This document shows, one piece after another, positions 60,869-64,000 of a DNA stretch of 64,000 bases. Below the pieces are notes generated by a model. The model saw only the letters and a list, made by a program, of their open reading frames with translations, made no database searches and was not told the DNA's origin. Positions within the stretch are counted from its first letter, which is position 1. Each line of letters begins with the position of its first letter. Source of the DNA: Felis catus (taxonomy: Eukaryota); the NCBI RefSeq assembly GCF_018350175.1, contig NC_058368.1, forward strand, positions 45,510,001-45,574,000. Direction: 5' to 3'. A program made the translations under genes and the position numbers.

Positions 60869-63249
60869 GAAATATTAAATTATATGTGCAAAGTTTTGAT
60901 TCCATTAATTTGAATATGTTTCTCTCCACATTCTTTCACTTTTATTCTTCATACATTTAATTCTACTTATTTTGCATAAGCCCATTCCAAGTTATACATC
61001 TTTTTCACTGATGTTTGCCCTTTATCTAAAATAATAATCTGTGTTACTTTGATTAGCGTCAGGACTTCTGACTAATCAACAATGACATCATAAGTTTAAA
61101 AGTGTTTCATAAATAGCAAATGTACCAATGTTGGGTACAATAGCATTAGTGCCATCCCCCTTACTGGAGTGGAAAGAACCACATTGTTAATTTTCTTTTC
61201 CTTCCCACGTCTTTCCCTACTCCACTCGTGGAGTCTGGTGCAACTGAAATACAAGCTGTATCTAGGATAGAATTTCTTAAAAATGTGAAACCTATGTCTT
61301 ACTCAATGTAGGTAATTTTTAAATCATAGCATAACCGAAGTAGAACAAAGTTTGGGAAGTGATTAATTTTTAGTACTTAATTGATTATGTCTTCACATTT
61401 ATACAGATTCAACATGAAATCAGTCAGCATTTGAGCAATTATTAAGCCACATACTTAAACAGTGCTGGATTGGATATGATCATTTCCTATGTAATTGACA
61501 AGGCATGTCCCATAATTCTGGAAAGTGAAAACGGTTACAACTGTTTTATTTTTCTGGTGATAGCCAATAAATACACAACTTCCACTGCTTCTTGGTGCCA
61601 CATGTTTTTACCAAGAAAAAAAAGGAAGGAAGAGGGGGAGAAGAAAGACTACAAAATATGTTCCTTAAGTGCCCAACTTCCGATGGATGTCTGATCTGTG
61701 ATAACATAAGCCTAGCTCTCAAATAAGCCACTGATCTTTGAGAAAGGACAGGCAACGCTCTCCCTCAGATCCAAACTCAATCAAGGAGAATCCATACTTG
61801 GTTTTTTTTTTTTTTTCCCCAACAGATACTTTAGTGGTTGTGCATTGCTCCACTGAGTGCAAGCCTAAGTACCTAGGTCTGAGAGAATTTTCAATATAGG
61901 ACAGAACTTTCATGGGTCCATTTTCATGGATTCAATTGTTTGAATCTAAGAGAAAAAATTTATTTTAAGAGAAATTAATTTCACAGGCTCAACTGTCTGT
62001 CCTTGCAATTTATCATTGGGAAGGAACACTCTGGACCATCATAGTCAAAGGATGACAAGGTGGTGGGCATTGACCTGTCTACATGCTCTCCTGCTTTGCA
62101 AAGTAGGTATGTCAAGGGTTAGCAGTCTTAAATTAAATACAAAAGTTTTGGTAATTCCCTACTTCTAGAACAATGGGTGCTTATTCATTCTACATGTAGC
62201 TATGAAGTTTACATAAATAATTATTCCAGATATTTAAATTCTATTTCTTTAGATTTAAACATCAAATTAATCTGTCCTAACAAATCTAATTCTTCCCACT
62301 GCTAATAGGCATACCTATCCACATTTTACAGAAGAGAAAGCTGAGAATTGAAATGATTAAGTAATTTATTCAATATTACCTAGGTAGAATGGTAACACAG
62401 GATTACACCACATAAAAATATTAATTCTTTATACTATTACATAAAAAAACACAAAAAGTTGAGAGACTATACAATACACACGCACACACACACACACATC
62501 TGGGATAATATGCATCCCATATACTTTAATATATGGAGTTGGTTGTCAATATCAGTGTAACTAAAGTTTGTTCATTTTATGATTCTCTAATAAGAAGAGT
62601 TTACTTTTTTAATGAGTTTAAGATTTTCACTGAATTAGATCATAATTCACGTTTATTGGAAAAAGACGGAAATGTTTTAACTTCCCTGTCTACAAATTGC
62701 TTTCTGAAATATAGCTCCTCTTTGCTTTACAAGACAAACTAGATGTGAAGAAAAAAACGTGGATACATTGTAGCTAACATTTCATTTCCTCTTGGCAGCT
62801 CATGGAATTCTGTCATTAGGCTGTCATCATACTGTGTTTATTTTATCCTGATATCAAGATATAGGTTTATATGAAGAAACCTGGGGAAATATTTAGCTGA
62901 ATTAGAATGCCTTCAAAAATAAAAGTAAAATTAAAGTTTACTTTTAACTACTGAACACATAGTAATTATACAACAAAATTGCACTGAGTGAATATAAAAA
63001 CAAAAGAACGTTAAAATAAAGTATTGTTTTGATCTTTTTAAGTGGCAAAGAAAATACTTTAGCCGGTATCAATAATAAACACAATTGTCACATTACTGTT
63101 TAGAAGAGAATTAAGAGAGAAAAGTAAGGGAGGAAGAAAGGAAGAGAACAAACACATTTCTCTTCTAGCTGCCCATTCTCAATGTCAACATGGAGGATAA
63201 AAGAGGGAATACAGGTTGGTGTAATGGGCAGTGTGACCGAAAACTGGCA

Positions 63250-63445
63250 CCTTCGTGGCCACTGTTGTGTGCTGCTCACATCCCCCCTCAGGACCAAGGC
63301 ACTTAGTCTCCAGCTGTCAGAGGTACTGGCTGCTAAGGGTTGACAGCTGAACATCTTCCCAGGAATTTCCCTCATGAAAAGGAATTTTTTTTTACCCCAA
63401 ACTATGCCCCATTCTTGGAGGCAACCTGCCCTGTTGGTACAATAT
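63250..63445 (+). mobile_element. LTR16-family ERVL LTR, 5' portion
   Basis: CCCCCTCAGGACCAAGGCACT...CCAGCTG...GGCTGCT...ACAGCTGA...CCCAGGAATTTCCCTC. Confidence 0.7.
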
Positions 63446-63809
63446 CCATGATTATTTCCTTGGTCTTCTTTCTATATACAGATGTAGATATATAGATACA
63501 GACAGATATAGGTACAGATGTGGATACATACACATAGATATCTATCTTTGTGCATGTACACATGTGCGTACACAAACACACAGATGTTAGTCTTATAACA
63601 AATTATGGGGAAACCCAAATTTAAAGTCAAGAGATATTTAAATAGATTCTAGCTTGTTGATGTATTTTAATTAAACTTTTTTGAATATTTAGAAGCTATA
63701 CCCGCTGTACCTATCACTTCTGTATTTCTCTCTTTTCTCTCAACTTTAGAGAATGAGTTGCACAATGTTCACTCATTATAGATTAATATCACCAAGTACT
63801 GCACCAGTC

Positions 63810-64000
63810 AGCAAGTATAGTTATCATGCAGTCAGGAAATGAGAAACTAGTCTAGATATTTCACACAAAGAATTTTATACAGGCATTTAGTTGCAAAGGT
63901 GTTAGGAGGACTCCAAAGTTTAAAGAGGATTTGCAGAAACAACAGAAGCTGCTAATACCATTGGAATGACGCTCAGGAGCCAGATCCTACCCTTGTCCTT
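63810..64000 (-). mobile_element. Probable MaLR/ERVL LTR relic, running off the window
   Basis: CAGTCAGGAAATGAGAAACTAGTCTAGATATTTCA...ATTTTATACAGG...TTGCAAAGGTGTTAGGAGG. Confidence 0.5.

Noticed and set aside
60495..63445. Two LTR16-like pieces as the ends of one provirus
   Set aside because: Only about 2.4 kb apart, no gag/pol-like interior, and the pieces are not closely similar to each other.

Overview
AT-rich, CpG-depleted mammalian genomic DNA. The tRNA-derived CanSINEs carry the felid-type insert (GGCTCTGAGCTGTCAGCACAGAGCC) and the young LINE-1 copies look felid, so this is very likely a cat or other Felidae. I cannot support any host protein-coding gene: the window reads as intergenic DNA or a long intron, and the ORF track is mostly L1 ORF2 remnants, SINE read-throughs and microsatellite artefacts. 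Content: about 20 CanSINEs of several ages, many with readable target-site duplications (TSDs); two young 5'-truncated L1s, one with a twin-priming 5' inversion; an older felid/carnivore L1 with an internal microsatellite expansion; a nested old-L1/L1/Tigger2/SINE stack at 8.5-14.4 kb; hAT (MER20, Charlie1-like), ERVL/MaLR LTR, MIR and L2 relics; a tailless 7SK retropseudogene with TSDs; and a 5' U2 fragment. Two signals are not explained by these features: a decayed, internally palindromic 37-bp tandem array at 4.1-4.4 kb, and a minus-strand pair of strong splice sites at 6.37-6.48 kb whose use would join two ORFs in frame. I did not find convincing evidence of a new biological system. Repeat family names come from remembered consensus sequences, not a database search, and boundaries of old elements are approximate.
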